Of a DNA stretch of 64,000 bases, positions 42,900 through 57,299 are shown piece after piece. The stretch lies in the NCBI RefSeq assembly GCF_009914755.1, contig NC_060940.1. One strand, written 5' to 3'. The notes under the pieces were generated by a model. The model was not told where the DNA came from. It saw only the letters and a program-made list of their open reading frames with translations, and ran no database searches. Source of the stretch: the human T2T-CHM13v2.0 reference genome, Homo sapiens. Numbering within the stretch: position 1 is the stretch's first letter; the number at the start of each line of letters is the position of its first letter. The position numbers and the translations under genes were made by a program.

Positions 42900-43700
42900 T
42901 GATTATTCTCCTTCCAGTTGCTCAGGCCAAACACCCTGAGGTCTACCTTGTATCTTTCCTTTGTCAGGCCACTTTCAGTCTGTTGCAGATCCTATCGGCT
43001 CTGCCTTCACAATATACCCAGAATCCAATTTCCTCTCCCAATTCCCTGGTGACCTCTTGTGGGGCACCAATTCCTCACTGGAATCCTGCTAACTGGGCTC
43101 CCTCTGTGTGTTTATCCCCACAGTCCCCCCGCCAACATCAGCCAGGGTGCTCACAACGCATCGATTCTACCCTCCCAGGGGTTCCCAGCTCATCTGAAGT
43201 AAAGCCGACAAGCTTACCACGGCTTCCAGGTCCTTGCGAAACTGTCTCCTGCCTGCCCTTGCCTGGGACGGCAGAGACCCTGTCTCTCCATCTCTCACTG
43301 CCTCCTCACCGCTCCAGCACGGGCCTGGCTGACCCACCCACGTGCCTGGCACACGTCTGCCGGGGCTGTGCATGCTGTGTTCCCTCTGCCTCAAATGCTG
43401 TGCTCAGCGATCTGAGCGCTCCTGCCTCCCTTCCTTCAGGGTTTCTGTCGGTGAGGTCTTCCCTGGCCACTGTCTCTAAACACTGTCAGCATCCCTCTTC
43501 TGACACGTCTTATCCTCCCTCCCTGATTTTTTTTTCTTCGTAACGCTTGTCTATCTAACATACAGTGAGTTTCATCGAGTGTCTGTTTTCCTCCAGCTGG
43601 AAAGTGAATTCCATGAAGGTGGAGACTTTTTGTCTACTAATGTGTCCCCAGTACTTGGTATAGTGCCTGGCACATAAAAAATGCTCAATAAATACTGGAG
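42900..43700 (+). mobile_element. L2a 3' portion
   Basis: CCAGTTGCTCAGGCCAAA ... GCTGTGTTCCCTCTGCCT ... AGTGCCTGGCACATAAAAAATGCTCAATAAATA. Confidence 0.8.
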
Positions 43701-43704
43701 GAAT

Positions 43705-44885
43705 TGTTACTACTACCGTTACTACTACTACTACTACTGTTACTGCTGCTACTCCCATTACTACTACTACCACCATTACTACTACTGCTACTACTACCAT
43801 TACTACTACTACTACTACTGTTACTGCTGCTACTCCCATTACTACTACTACCACCATTACTACTACTGCTACTACTACCATTACTACTACTAGTACTGTT
43901 ACTGCTGCTACTCCCATTACTACTACCACCACCATTACTACTACTGCTACTACTACCATTACTACGACTACTACCACCATTACTACTGCTGCTACTATTA
44001 CCATTACTACTACTACTACCACTTTTGCTACTACCATTACTACTACTACTACCATTACTACTACTACTATGACTACTACTACCACCATTACTACTACTAT
44101 GACTACTACTACTGTTACTGCTGCTACTCCCATTACTACTACTACCGCCATTACTACTACTGCTACTACTACCATTACTATTACTACTACCACCATTACT
44201 ACTACTGTTACTACTACCATTACTACTACTACTGTTACCGCTACTACTACCATTACTACCACCATTACTACTGCTGCTACTATTACCATTACTACTATTG
44301 CTACTATTACCATTACTACTACTGCTACTATTACCATTACTACTACGACTACTACTACCACTGTTACTACTACTGCTACTACCATTACTACTACTACCAC
44401 CACCATTACTACTACCACCATTACTACTACTACCACCATTACTACTACTGTTACTGCTACTACTACCATTACTACTATTACTACCACCATTACTACTGCT
44501 GCTACTATTATCATTACTACTACTACTATGACTACTACTACCACTATTACCACTACTGCTACGACTACCATTACTACTACTGCCACCATTACTACTACCA
44601 TTACTACTACTGTTACTGCTACTACCACCATTACTACTACTACTACCACCATTACTACTACTACTGCCACCATTACTACTGCTGCTATTATTACCATTAC
44701 TATTACTGCTACTATTACCATTACTACTACTACTACCACCACTGTTACTACTACTGCTACTACTACTACTACCACCATTACTACTACTACCATGACTACT
44801 ACTACCACTGTTACTACTACTACTACCACCATTACTACTGCTACTACCACCATGACTACTACTGCTATGACTACTAGTACTGTTG
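43705..44885. repeat. ~1.18-kb degenerate (TAC/ACT)n trinucleotide repeat with higher-order structure
   Basis: Continuous ACT/ACC/ATT/GCT/GTT triplets; TACTGTTACTGCTGCTACTCCCATTAC recurs with ~75-81-bp spacing at the 5' end. Confidence 0.97.
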
Positions 44886-45096
44886 GTGTTCTTGTTGGTC
44901 TCTTCCTCTCAGAGATGCTCTAATTCGGGTGCCTGTCCCAGCCCTCTATTTTATGTACATTCTGATTTTGTGTACCAGCTTATTTTAGAAATCACTGTTT
45001 TGCATTCCAGTTTCCAATTTGTAAATGGGAAGGACGTGGAGGAAGCCCTCTCTAAGGTCTTGCCCAGTTTTTTTTTAAAAAAAAACTCTAAGGCTG

Positions 45097-45564
45097 TGTA
45101 GTAGGGTTGAATGGTGCCACCTAAGCCCCCAAGGATATGACCACATCCTAAACTCTGGAGCCCATGCGTATTACCTTCCATGACAAAGGAGTGTCTACTA
45201 CCTTACATGACAAAAGATATAATTAAGTTAATGATCTTAAGACCGGCGCTGATTCCATATTACCTAGGTGGGCCCTAAACCCAGTGACAAGTGTCCTTAC
45301 AAGAGGCACAAAGAGGAAAAGACAGAGAAGAGGAGAAAGCCACATGATCACAAAGCAGATGCAGCCGTAAGTCAAGTAATGCTAATAGCCACCGAGAAGG
45401 AAGGGGCGAGGAAAGATCCTCCCCTACAGCCTCTGGAGGGAGTACTGTCCTGGCGACACCTGGATTCCAGGCTTTTGGCCTCCAGAAATGTAAAAGAACA
45501 AATTGCTCTTTTAAGCTACAATGTTCATGGTGCTCTGTTACAGCAGCTCTGGGAAGCAAATGCA
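45097..45564 (+). mobile_element. MaLR LTR (MLT1B/C-like)
   Basis: TGTAGTAGGGTTGAATGGTG ... GGTGGGCCCTAAACCCAGTGACAAGTGTCCTTA ... TGTTACAGCAGC...GCA. Confidence 0.85.
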
Positions 45565-46176
45565 GGCTGTGATTCCACAAAGCTGTCTGCAGGCTCGGAC
45601 ATCATGGTGGCTACTGCTGAGGACACAGCTCCCCTGGCTCCAGGCTGGGACCTGGTATCAGCTCTGAGCTCTGTAGCTGGCCTCAGGCTGACACCGAGCC
45701 TCAGAGAAGACTTGCTGGGGTGGCTGCGTGCAAGGAGTTCCAAACTGTTCTCACGGCTGGCTGCTGCCGCTGCCTGGGAACACCTGGGAGCTTCTAAGCT
45801 GTGCTTCCACAATGAGCCAGATTTCGCTTTCTAGGACCAAAATAGATGGGGACTTTGGCAGATCTGTGTCCAGAATCATCCGGGAAACAGTGTCCTTTGC
45901 GTGCTAGCTCCACTTCCATGGTTTATGTGGATAAACCACACCTACACATGTCCAATGAGTTCTTGATAACCACGTGATTCACCCGCTTGTGCAGGAGGCC
46001 TTCCCAGATGTTCCCCCATTGTTGGGTGGATGACACACTTCTGGTAGACCTTGGGCCTCGCTGGGGCTGCTGCACCATTTTTATGAGACAGGCCACTGGA
46101 AGTAGCCTTTGCCTCTTCACTTGGCTTCTCCTTCTTTTCTATTGCCTCCTCTCAAAACAGAAAAAAATTGGGATCA

Positions 46177-46385
46177 CAGAGAAGGCTCATGGGAGTGCAG
46201 AAGAGGCTCATGGGAGGGCAGAGGAGGCTCATGGGAGTGCAGAGGAGGCTCATGGGAGAGCAGAGGAGGCTCATGGGAGTGCAGAGGAGGCTCATGGGAA
46301 AGCAGAGGAGGCTGATGGGAGTGCAGAGGAGGCTCATGGGATCACACAGGAGCTTCATAGAAGAGTAGAAGAGGAGGCTCATGAC
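46177..46385. repeat. 21-bp minisatellite, ~8 copies
   Basis: Unit GCAGAGGAGGCTCATGGGAGT with minor variants. Confidence 0.95.
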
Positions 46386-47888
46386 AGTGCCCATTAGGCT
46401 TATGAAAGTCTAAAGGCAGAAACTATAGGCCAGGCAGGCCTCATGGAGCTGGAACTGGGCTCATTACTCACCAGGAGCTGCTGGGGCCTCTGTGGGAGTG
46501 ATGTCTCTTTCTTGGGGTCATGTGGCCCCTCTGGTCCTGGGACCTTGGCCCTGTCCTCTCCTCTTGGCTGAGTGATGTCTTTTGTTTGCTCATGATTTCT
46601 GCTTCATCCTGCAAATGGCCAACGCAACCACCCTGAACTAGTCAGGTGTTGGTGGCAGGGGTGCTGGAAGCTCTCCTGTGATTGAACTATCAAACTACAG
46701 GAGGCAAGGGAAGGGCAAAGAGTGCCTTGAGGAACAGCTGGAGCTGAGTACCAGCAGGCCACCGCCCCCATGTCTCTCACTTCTGGGTCTTTCCACATCA
46801 GTGTGCTGGCCCCGTGGACTGCCCTCCTTGTGGCAGGATAGTCAGCCGCCAGCTATTCCCAACCTGTGTGCAAAAGTTGTCTCTGGTAGAGAGGGATAGA
46901 GCCTCACCCTCATTTTTGGTTCAGAGAAAACCCAGGGGAAGGTTCCAATTGGCCCAGCATGGCTGGGGACCCGGCCTTGAACCCATCTGTTCTGGCCAGG
47001 GTGGCAGTGCTTCATGATTGGCTGGTGGAGGTCAGGTTTCCACCCTTGGTCCAGTCATCTCTGGCCAAAGGGTGGTGTCATGAGAGACCGAGTGGTGCCT
47101 GCTAGAAGCAGGTTCATACAGTCGAGGACAAGCTGTCCTTAGAACCCAGTAGGGTGAGGCTAACAGGCAAAGCATCACCCTATACATCCTGGGTCTTTCA
47201 CCTGTCTCCAGGGATCTCGATTCCAGATTCATGTGATTGGTCCTGCACATCTCTTCTGGCCAGGCAGACTACGTTTCTGGCTACCCATGACTTAGAATTT
47301 TTGCCTGCTAGGTGAGGACAGGGCCCATCACATGGTATAACCTGGCCATCCACCTCAAAGAGCTCTGTAGATGAAGTGGGCAGCGGTGGGTATCTCCAGG
47401 CACCAATCTGTAGGAAGCCCAGGAGGGCTTAGGAAGGATGCTGGCCTAGTGGGTGGGTGTTAGGGTCTGGGCCCTGGGTACCATAGCTGGGGCAGTAGCT
47501 GTCCTGAGGCACTGGGAGGGAGAGGGGAGGGGCAGGAGCAGGTCACACTGAAGGACATGGACAGGGCTTCAGAGTCAACAAGTTCAAATCTCATCTCCTC
47601 TTCCAACTAGCAGTGTGACCACAGCCAAGTCACTTCACATTTACGAGTCACAGCTTTCTCATCAGCAACGTGAGGATAATAATAGGATTTATGTCACAGG
47701 TTTTGGTGAAAATTGAGATGCTATGGGTAGAATAATCCCTAGGGGATGGTGGTGGAATGGCTGTTGGTTTTGTCCTGTCCCTGAGGCCCAGCCCTGCCAC
47801 CTCTTAGCTGGTGACCCTGGGCAAGTTACCTAACTTCCCCCTGCCTCAGTTTCCTCGTCTGCAAACGGGAGTTCAGAAGGCAGCTATA

Positions 47889-48195
47889 GGCCGGGCGTGG
47901 TGGCTCAGGCCTGTTATCCCAGCACTTTGGGAGGCCGAGGTGGGCGGATCATGAGGTCAAGAGATTGAGATCATCCTGGCCAACATGGTGAAACCCTGTC
48001 TCTACTAAAAATACAAACATTAGTCGGGTGTGATGGCACGCGCCTGTAATCCCAGCTACTCAGGAGGCTGAGGCAGAAGAATTGCGTGAACCCAGTGGGA
48101 GGCAGAGGTAGCAGTGAGCCGAGATACAGCCACTGCCACTCCAGCCTGGACGGCAGAGTGAGACTCCATCTTAAAAAAAAAAAAGAAAAAAAAAA
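47889..48195 (+). mobile_element. AluS (Sc-like)
   Basis: Full dimer; approximate TSD GCAGCTATA/GCAGCTGTA. Confidence 0.95.
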
Positions 48196-48906
48196 GCAGC
48201 TGTAAAGATTAAAGGTACTGTCATATATAAAGCCCTGGGAAGAGTGCCTGGGACATCGTGAGCTCTCAGGCAGTGTGATGTTCTGCTCTCAGTGACACGC
48301 ATGCCAGCAGCCACTGGGTTTTTGGTGGAGAGGAGTTGCAAGAAATGAAAGTTTCTAGACCAGAATGTTCCTGTTTAGAAGACACTTTATACAACTGTGT
48401 AAATAGTGGACAACCTGAAGTCCTTATTTGAAACATCCTGTCTTTCTAGATGTTTAAAAGTGCACAAAGTATGTTAAAAATAGAGGTAGTGAATAACACA
48501 ATTTGTAGATGTCCTTTTGTTAAGATTCATATGAAACACTGTCTTTTGAAAATCGATCAAACCACTTCTCTGAGCAGTACACATGATTATCTTCACGCTG
48601 GTTCGGGGTGGGAGGAGGAGAAGAAAGTGCAAGGGCTTTGCCCCACTGCATTTATGGGAGGCATGAGTGAGTGTTGTCCTGCCTGTCTGTGCATCTTCTT
48701 TTACAGTGCTGGGTACGTGGTGCATGTAAAGGACAAGCGAGTCCTAATTTACAACAGCTGGTCCTTCTTGATGTTAAAGAGGTTGCCAGTGTGTGATAAA
48801 CGTGGAGTTAGTAAACTCATACGCTGATCGCACTTTGTGTTGAAATTCACAGGAAAGACTGTTCTTAAAAACACTTATGGAAGTGAAATTGTTAAAATCT
48901 CCTCTA

Positions 48907-49224
<318 letters not shown>

Positions 49225-49741
49225 CTAAGCATTATGGATGTTTCTACCTGTCCATTGTGTTTGATAGAGCTGGGAAGGGGAAGGGTTCTAGGCCAGAATG
49301 TTCCTGTTCAGAAGACACTTTCAAATCATAGCCTGTGTGGTGTATATGCACCATTTATTCAATGCTGCTGTGTAGATAGTAGAAAACTTAAGTCCTGTTT
49401 GAAACACCCACTCTTTCCAGATGTTTAAAGGTACACAATATATGTTAAAAGCAGAGGGCTAAAGTACACCCTTTATGCATTTTTTTTTAAATTTTCATAA
49501 GAGTGGTTGCATTTGGGAATGAAGTTGTTAAACTTGATGTTTAGGAGAGTATGCTGTTCCCTGGGTGGTGGCAGGTGCGGGGAGGAGGAAGCAGGCAGAG
49601 AGAAGGGTTCTGTGCTCATGAGTTAGACTAGTTCAGACGGTCTCACCATTGTTCTGTATGTGCATTTTAGTGAACATTGTTGTGTATTAAAAGATAAACA
49701 AGTCCTAATGCTCAAAGTGTGTTAAAATAATCCCTTTATAA

Positions 49742-50040
<299 letters not shown>

Positions 50041-50358
50041 CTATAAACGTCCTTTTGTTAGTTTTTAGGAAGGCCTGTCTTCTGGGAGAGACCTTTGTTA
50101 ATCCACCTCTTGGAACTGAATGTAGTCCTGCACTTAGCCACTGGGATGGTGGAAGAGGGAAAAGAGGAAGGGTGGAGGGAAGGGCTCCTTACTAGCCTCT
50201 CCATGGCTCTAAGGTGGTTTTAAATGAAAACTGCAAGTCTTTGTGTGCATTTTCAATAAAGTGCCTGTGTTTATTATGGACAAAGTTCATTATTTTACAA
50301 CATCTAAGCATTATAGATGCCTCAAGGTGACAAGGTATGATAAAAAGTGGAGCTAGTG

Positions 50359-50685
<327 letters not shown>

Positions 50686-51769
50686 TTAGCCAACTTGTAA
50701 ACATCTTTTTGTTATAATTGATAGAAAAGATGCATCTTAGACGTGGAACTGCTAAGCTGCCTCTGAGCAGTGTATATCAAGGCTTGTTCATTAGGTGAGC
50801 AGCAGAGAGGTGGAAGGATTATAAAGACAGAAGTATGCAAATGTGTTTATATTTACAATTCAACAATAGCCATTGATGTGTATGCATCTCTTTTGGCTGT
50901 ACCATAGGCATACATTAGGTAATTCAATGTAAACATACCTTCTTGCTACAATTTTAGTGGCATGGATCTGAGAATGAATTCTCTTAGAAACATTATACTT
51001 AGTGTATTCTCTTGCTTTCTGTTTCATTTGAGCATTAAGGGAATGCAGCATTTTAATCGAAGCTCTGACAGTGCTTCTAGAGGTGTCTTGCCATTTTTTT
51101 CTGCAATGAAATTTTTGTCCCCAAAAAGGCAGGGTTACATTTGTTTTTCTAACAGATAAAAAAGAGTATATTTATTGTGATAAGTTAAAACTGATAATAA
51201 ATATCAAGTGTGGGTGTCAAGATTAAGGGGAAAATAATAGAGACAAATTCAAGGGTCAGGAAGAAGGTGGACTTGGAAAAGAAGAGGTCCAAGGTGAGGA
51301 GGGGAGAGCAGGGCCTGGGACATGGAGGAGGATGGAGCTGAGGTGCCCGTGTCCTGTGTTGGAGGCCTAGGCAGCGGGTGGACAGGATCGGCCGGTGGAA
51401 AGGAGCAGTGTTAGGGTCAGCAGGCCCTGAAAGGCATTGGTGAGCCCCATTCCATGTCACAAAGAGCTGCTCAGGAGATGCACGGGCACGGGGACACCGC
51501 TCCTGCTCTGGCTGAGTTTTGAGAAACTCCACTGACTACCTCTATCTGAGAAAGTTTAAATCCATTTTATCTCACTCCAGAACTGCGTAAGATGCGGCAT
51601 TTACCGCAGATGAGGGTATTCACCAGACAGCGTCCCATGATGTGGGGTTTAAAATATGGACGTGGTTATCCATGAAGCCATGTACCTACAAAGGCATACA
51701 TATATACACATACATATGCATATGCATCTACCTATATACATAATTGCATACACGTGTGTGTACTTTGTA

Positions 51770-52315
51770 ATCCAACTTTATTGAGGAATAATTTACCTCC
51801 AGTACAATGCCCCCACTTGAGGTGTACAGTTTGCTGAGCTTTGATGAATGTACACACCCATGTAACTGTCACCCAAGGGGGACCTGGGGCATCTCCATCC
51901 TCCCTCTGCTTTGCAGGCCACCCCCTCCCCACCCTGGCCTCAGGCACCCGCAATCTGCTTTCTGCCACTTGAGGGTGGTTTTGGAATGCCGTGTCATGGG
52001 ATCACATGCATGTGCCCATTTGTTTCTGGTTTCTTTCACCCAGGGTGATGTTTCCGAGGTTTTTCCTTGCTGCCGCTGCTATCAGTCATTGATTTACCTT
52101 TTTTTGGTTGTTGTTGCCGAGTAGTGCTGCATTGTTCACATGCACCACCCTTTGTTTCTCCATTCATCTGTAGAGGACGTTTGGGTTGCCTCCAGCTGGA
52201 GGGCGGTTAGGAATAAGGCTGTTGTGAACATTCTGTGAACGTGTCTTTTGCAGCAATGTCTGCATTTCTTTTGGGTAAATCCCTCGGAGTGGAGTCCCCC
52301 TGCCACATTATGTTC
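51770..52315 (-). mobile_element. L1MB-type 3' end
   Basis: CAACTTTATTGAGGAATAATTTAC ... AATAAGGCTGTTGTGAACATTC. Confidence 0.8.
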
Positions 52316-52319
52316 AGTC

Positions 52320-52650
52320 TCAGAGGTGGTGGTGACTGGCTGGCCATTCACAAGCCTCTTTCCCCTCCTTGGGCCCAGCTGGAGCACATTTTCCAGCAGC
52401 CCCTGTACTCAGGTGAGGCCACAAGCCAGGGTGTGATGGAACATGAGTGGGAGTGATGCCGCTGCAAAGCCTCTCACTGCCTCCCTGCTGTTGACTCCTG
52501 GCCTGCCTGGTGCAGGTGCGTGCATTGCTCTGAAGTCCCTGGTTGGAGAGGCAGAGCCAGCAGCTGGAAGGATCATGGGTCCTCATCACCATTGGACGAG
52601 GGCCCCTGGATCACGAGGATCACTGTCTTGGACTCTGTGGGAATAAGAAG
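52320..52650 (+). mobile_element. Degraded MLT1 LTR fragment
   Basis: CACATTTTCCAGCAGCCCCTGTACTCAGGTGAGGCCAC; GGCAGAGCCAGCAGCTGGAAGGA...TGGGTCC. Confidence 0.55.
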
Positions 52651-52863
52651 CGATCATCTCTGGGGCAGGGCCAGGTTACCTCCTGGGTTTCCCAGCCACA
52701 GCCTCAGGCCCCACTTCTGGGAAGAGCAGTCTCCAAGACCTGGGCAAGGTGAGACGAATGGAAGCTGCAGAGTCCAGTGGAGGCTGCAGGACTTGATGGA
52801 ACAGCATAAATTTGGGATCAGACAGTCCCTAAATAAGAGTAACCCCAAGTGAATCTCTGGAGC

Positions 52864-53018
52864 TTTTATTTTGAGACAGAGTCTTGCTCTGCTGCCCAAG
52901 CTGGAGTGTAGGGGTGTGATCATAGCTCACTGCAGCCTCAGCCTCCTGGGCTCAAGTTATCCTCTTGCCTCAGCCTCCTAAAGTGCTGGGATTACAGGTG
53001 TGTGCCACTGCACCTGGC
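52864..53018 (-). mobile_element. Alu monomer (FRAM-like)
   Basis: Single ~155-bp arm; TCTGGAG on both flanks. Confidence 0.8.
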
Positions 53019-54126
53019 TTCTGGAGGTTTTTGGGCTTCAGTTTTCTCATCCGCAAAATGGGATGGATAAGGCCCACCCAAATGGTGGCAAGTCCTGGGG
53101 CATCATGGGAGCCCCTGACAGTTTGGTCCACCCCTGTCTGCAGTGCTGCTGTTCCCCTACTTAGAAGAGGAAATGGCTGCTGAGGCCCCCAAAGTCCACC
53201 CTGTATTCATTTCCTGGGAGGAGGGTGGAAGGCCTTAGAACGCTGAAGCCTCTGAGACGGTTCTCCTGGGCTGTCAAGCTTGAGACCTTGCACTCATCCA
53301 GAGCAGAGGTTCCCAGAGTGAGGCTGGACTGGCAGCATCAGTGTCACTGCGGAACTTGGTAGAAATGCAGATTCCGGGGCTCACCCCAGACCCCCTGCAC
53401 CACAGACTCTGGGGGTGGAGCTTGGCAAGCTGAGTATGAATAAGCCCTCTCCTCTCATGGCCCATGAGCTTGACAACAACTGATCCAGGAGGCTGTAAGG
53501 AAAATACAGCCTCTTTCACTCCAGAAGGAGCCCCGGAGAAGGGAATGTGCCCCTGAGGTCCCAGCGCAGACCCACCCTGCCTGAGGGTTTCCAGAGAACT
53601 GAGCAGGGCCCCTGGGGACACGCCTTCTTGGGAGGCTTTAGAAGACACATTGAGTCAATGGGTTCCTCCATGGATGGGAGCGGGGACAGGGCATGACACG
53701 TGCCCCTCCCCAGCCGCAGGGTCCTGGGACTGCGTCAGGAAGGGCTCAGGTGCCGGCCAGGCCGGACAGCCCTCCTGCCGACGGACTAATTAAGCCACAT
53801 CTGGATCTAATTAGCCATGGAGTCTCCAGCAGAGGCCAGGACTGCCTTTATCATCCACATGGCAGAGCCCAGACAGGAGAAAAATGGCTGTCGATACGCT
53901 CTGCTTCCTGGTGCGCTGTGAGTGCGTGTCGGGGCGAGGAGTGCGTGGGGGTGCGGAGGGGTGAGGAACAAGAGATAGCTCAGTGTAGGAGGGAGAAGCA
54001 CCAGCTAGCCTGCAATGGAATGATGAACCTGGGGGCTCTGGGAAGCCCTGGGATCCTGCAGGAGCCTCACTGAGCAGCTGCTGTTCTTCAGGGTCCCTTA
54101 CACAACGGTGAGGAAGTGTGGGGTTC

Positions 54127-54258
54127 TTGAGCATCAGGGGAATGCAGTAGTTCAACCAGAGCTCTGCCAGTGCTTCTAGAGGCCGGTTGCCAGAATTTCC
54201 TTTAGGGAAAAACATATTATAGGGTCATGATCTCTTGGGGGTTCATATTTTTCTTTGC
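54127..54258 (+). repeat. Mosaic of two dispersed duplications: 54127-54192 resembles 51028-51093; 54220-54258 is identical to 57178-57216
   Basis: 53/66 ungapped identity to the NORAD retrocopy 3' end; 39/39 identity TAGGGTCATGATCTCTTGGGGGTTCATATTTTTCTTTGC. Confidence 0.9.
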
Positions 54259-54618
54259 TAACACCTTGCCGTGTTTCATAGCACACATGTGACAAAGATT
54301 TATAGCTAAACATAGAATGAAAAGGCATATGTTTTGCTCTGCTTCTTAGAACTTTCTAGATCAATTCTTCTCAAACTCTGGCACTGTGACAATTACACAG
54401 AGTGCTTGTTAAAACACAGACTGCCAGGCCCTGACCCCAGAGCTTCTGATTCAGTGGGTCTGGCCTGGGGCCCTAGAATCTGTGTTTCCAAGTTCCCAAG
54501 TGAGGCGGCTCATCCTGGGATCTCCCTCTGAGAACCTCTGTTCCAGATTAACCGCTGTTCCAAACCTGTTCCCACACAGAAGCCACCTGAGACCTCTGCT
54601 GTCTCTGCCGCCTGGGTC

Positions 54619-54721
54619 CCAGCCCCGGGGATTGTGGTTAATTGGTACCTACCTGCCAGCCCCAGGGATTGTGGTTAATTAGTACCTGCCAGCCCCGGGG
54701 ACTGTGGTTAATTAGTACCTG
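54619..54721. repeat. 33-37-bp tandem triplication within a MER5-like element
   Basis: CCAGCCCCRGGGAYTGTGGTTAATTRGTACCT starts at 54619, 54656 and 54689. Confidence 0.9.
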
Positions 54722-55786
54722 TTCCGCTGGGGCATCAGGAGTTTTAAAACTCCCCAAGTGACTCTAAGCTGCAGCCAAGTGTGAGGCCCATGATTTGTTC
54801 ATTGCACAGAGATGTTGGAGGCGCCAGGCCCTGTGTTGTGTTATCAGCTGTGGGGACTCTGGACTGCCAGTGGTGCCCGATGCACAAGTCTCCCAAACTA
54901 AATAATAAGAGTGACTCACAATCGCTGAGCCCTGCTGTATCCCAGGCACTGTTGTAAGTGGATGAACTCATCCAATTTTCTCACAATCCTATGAAGTGAA
55001 GGCTGCTATTATCCCCGCTTTAGAGACAGGAACTCTGAGGTAGACAGAGAGGGTAGGTAGCCTGCCCAGGGTCACACAGCAGCTGCCATCTGGGGCCCAG
55101 ATTGGCCTCCCTGCCCAACTGCTGTTTCAGGCGTGGAGTGAGGGGTTCCCCCCAGAGCCCTAGAGAGCAAAAGTCAGTGCCTTGGGGTTGTAGCAGGTGG
55201 GGGCAGTCCTTTATTCTGTACACAGGAGGTGCTCAGGGCCGGTTGTCACAGTGCCATCCTGCTGTAGCTGGCTGTCTGAGGGGGAGCAGGACAGACTCTC
55301 AGAGCACAGGTTATTTTCATCATGAGAGCATCCCTGCATCACCACGGTTGACACGGTTTTTAGGGTCCCAAGTTGATCTAGCAAAACCCAGCTAAATCAG
55401 AATGTAGCAGAAATAGAACCACCCCTTGACCGCCAGAACCTCTTTACTTAGTCAAATATCTAAAAGTAAATTGTAAAATCTGTCAAGGAATCCCAATGAA
55501 TTAAAAACTCAACATCCCCTTTTTTAATACTGACCTTGTATTCCCCTTGTATTCCTTTTACTTTTCTGCTTCTAGTATGTGCTGACATCAAAGACCAAAT
55601 AACCAAATGTACTAACATTGTGGACGAAGTACAATACCAATAGCAGGGACCTGTGGGTAAGCTCTAAGGGCTTCAGGGGCTTCAGGGGACTGGACTTTGC
55701 CCATCTCTTTTGGTGCTCAGAAATTTCTAGTCAAGGATGACAATGAAGAATAGACAGGAAAAAGCTATTAAAAAATAGTTGGTATA

Positions 55787-56163
<377 letters not shown>

Positions 56164-56715
56164 CTAGCCCTGTATGATGTGTGTTTCTGTGTTACTTTCT
56201 CTATGAGAATGTCAGTGTCCTGTGGGCAGGCATCTTGTCTGTTTTATTCTCTGAAGAATCTCCAGTGCCCACGAGAGCTGTGGCACATAATAGGTGCGAA
56301 TGATGAAATGAACAAATGTACCTCCAGAGAACATGGCTGTGGGAGCTGCCCATTGATTCATACTCATCTCCATGAGTAGAAAGCCTCCAGATAATTCAGA
56401 ATAGCTTTTCAACTCTGTGAGAAATGTGAAGCTTATTTTGGAAAAAAAAAACTTACATAAAATGATTGAAATGTTTAAAAGTTTTGTTGATCAAAGCAGC
56501 ACAAATGATGCCCGCACATGCTTAGGTGGGCAGCTTAGCTACAGTGTGGCTGCGTTTCTTTCTGTTGCTTAGGAAATGAGCTACAAGGCGTGGTGGTCTG
56601 AGTCACAGCTTGTTAGTAAGTTAGACCTTAACCTAGCACTTGTTTTTTGATAGCAAAAAAGCATAACTAGCTTGTTTTAAGTGCAGGAAGTTGCTGCCAT
56701 GCATAGCACCACATC

Positions 56716-56892
56716 CCTTTTTCCTCCTCCTCCTCTTCCTCCTCCTCCTCCTCTTCCTCCTCCTCCTCCTCTTCCTCCTCCTCCTCCCCCCTTTCCTCCT
56801 CCTCCTCCTCCCCCTTCTCCTCCTCCTCTTCCTCCCCTTCTCCTCCTCCTCCTCTAGCTCTTCTTCCTCTCCTCCCTCTCTCTTTCTCCCCA
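56716..56892. repeat. (CCT)n simple repeat
   Basis: CCTCCTCCTCTT arrays. Confidence 0.95.
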
Positions 56893-57299
56893 CCAGCCTC
56901 CAAGCTGGCTCCGCAGTTCTTATCCAAACAGGAGGTGCATCTGTGGGATTTGCCCTGATTTATGGCCAGCAGGAGTGCCAGTTCACACCCCCATATCTCA
57001 TCCTGAACAACCAGTTCTGGCCTTAGACCCTGTTTAAATGTTAAAAGCAAAGTGTCAAGGTAGCGTTGCTTTTTGGCTTAAGGTTATGAGCCAGATTTTA
57101 GTGAGGGGGAAGAACAAAAACATGGCCTATCTAGCAGCATCAAATTGGGAATTTCCCCTGTACTGAAAAACGTATTCTAGGGTCATGATCTCTTGGGGGT
57201 TCATATTTTTCTTTGCCAGCCCCATATGTGTAATTAAAGCCCATATTTAAAATGAGGACAAGATCCCAGGGCTACTTTCTCACAATAATCAAACCAACT

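Noticed and set aside
43555-44923. 432-aa Val-rich and 284-aa Thr-rich (mucin-like) ORFs as genes
   Set aside because: Entirely explained by a triplet repeat; no signal peptide, domain or splice context, and one ORF runs into an L2
45987-46397. ORF with AEEAHGS/R heptad repeats
   Set aside because: Translation of a 21-bp minisatellite; open in multiple frames
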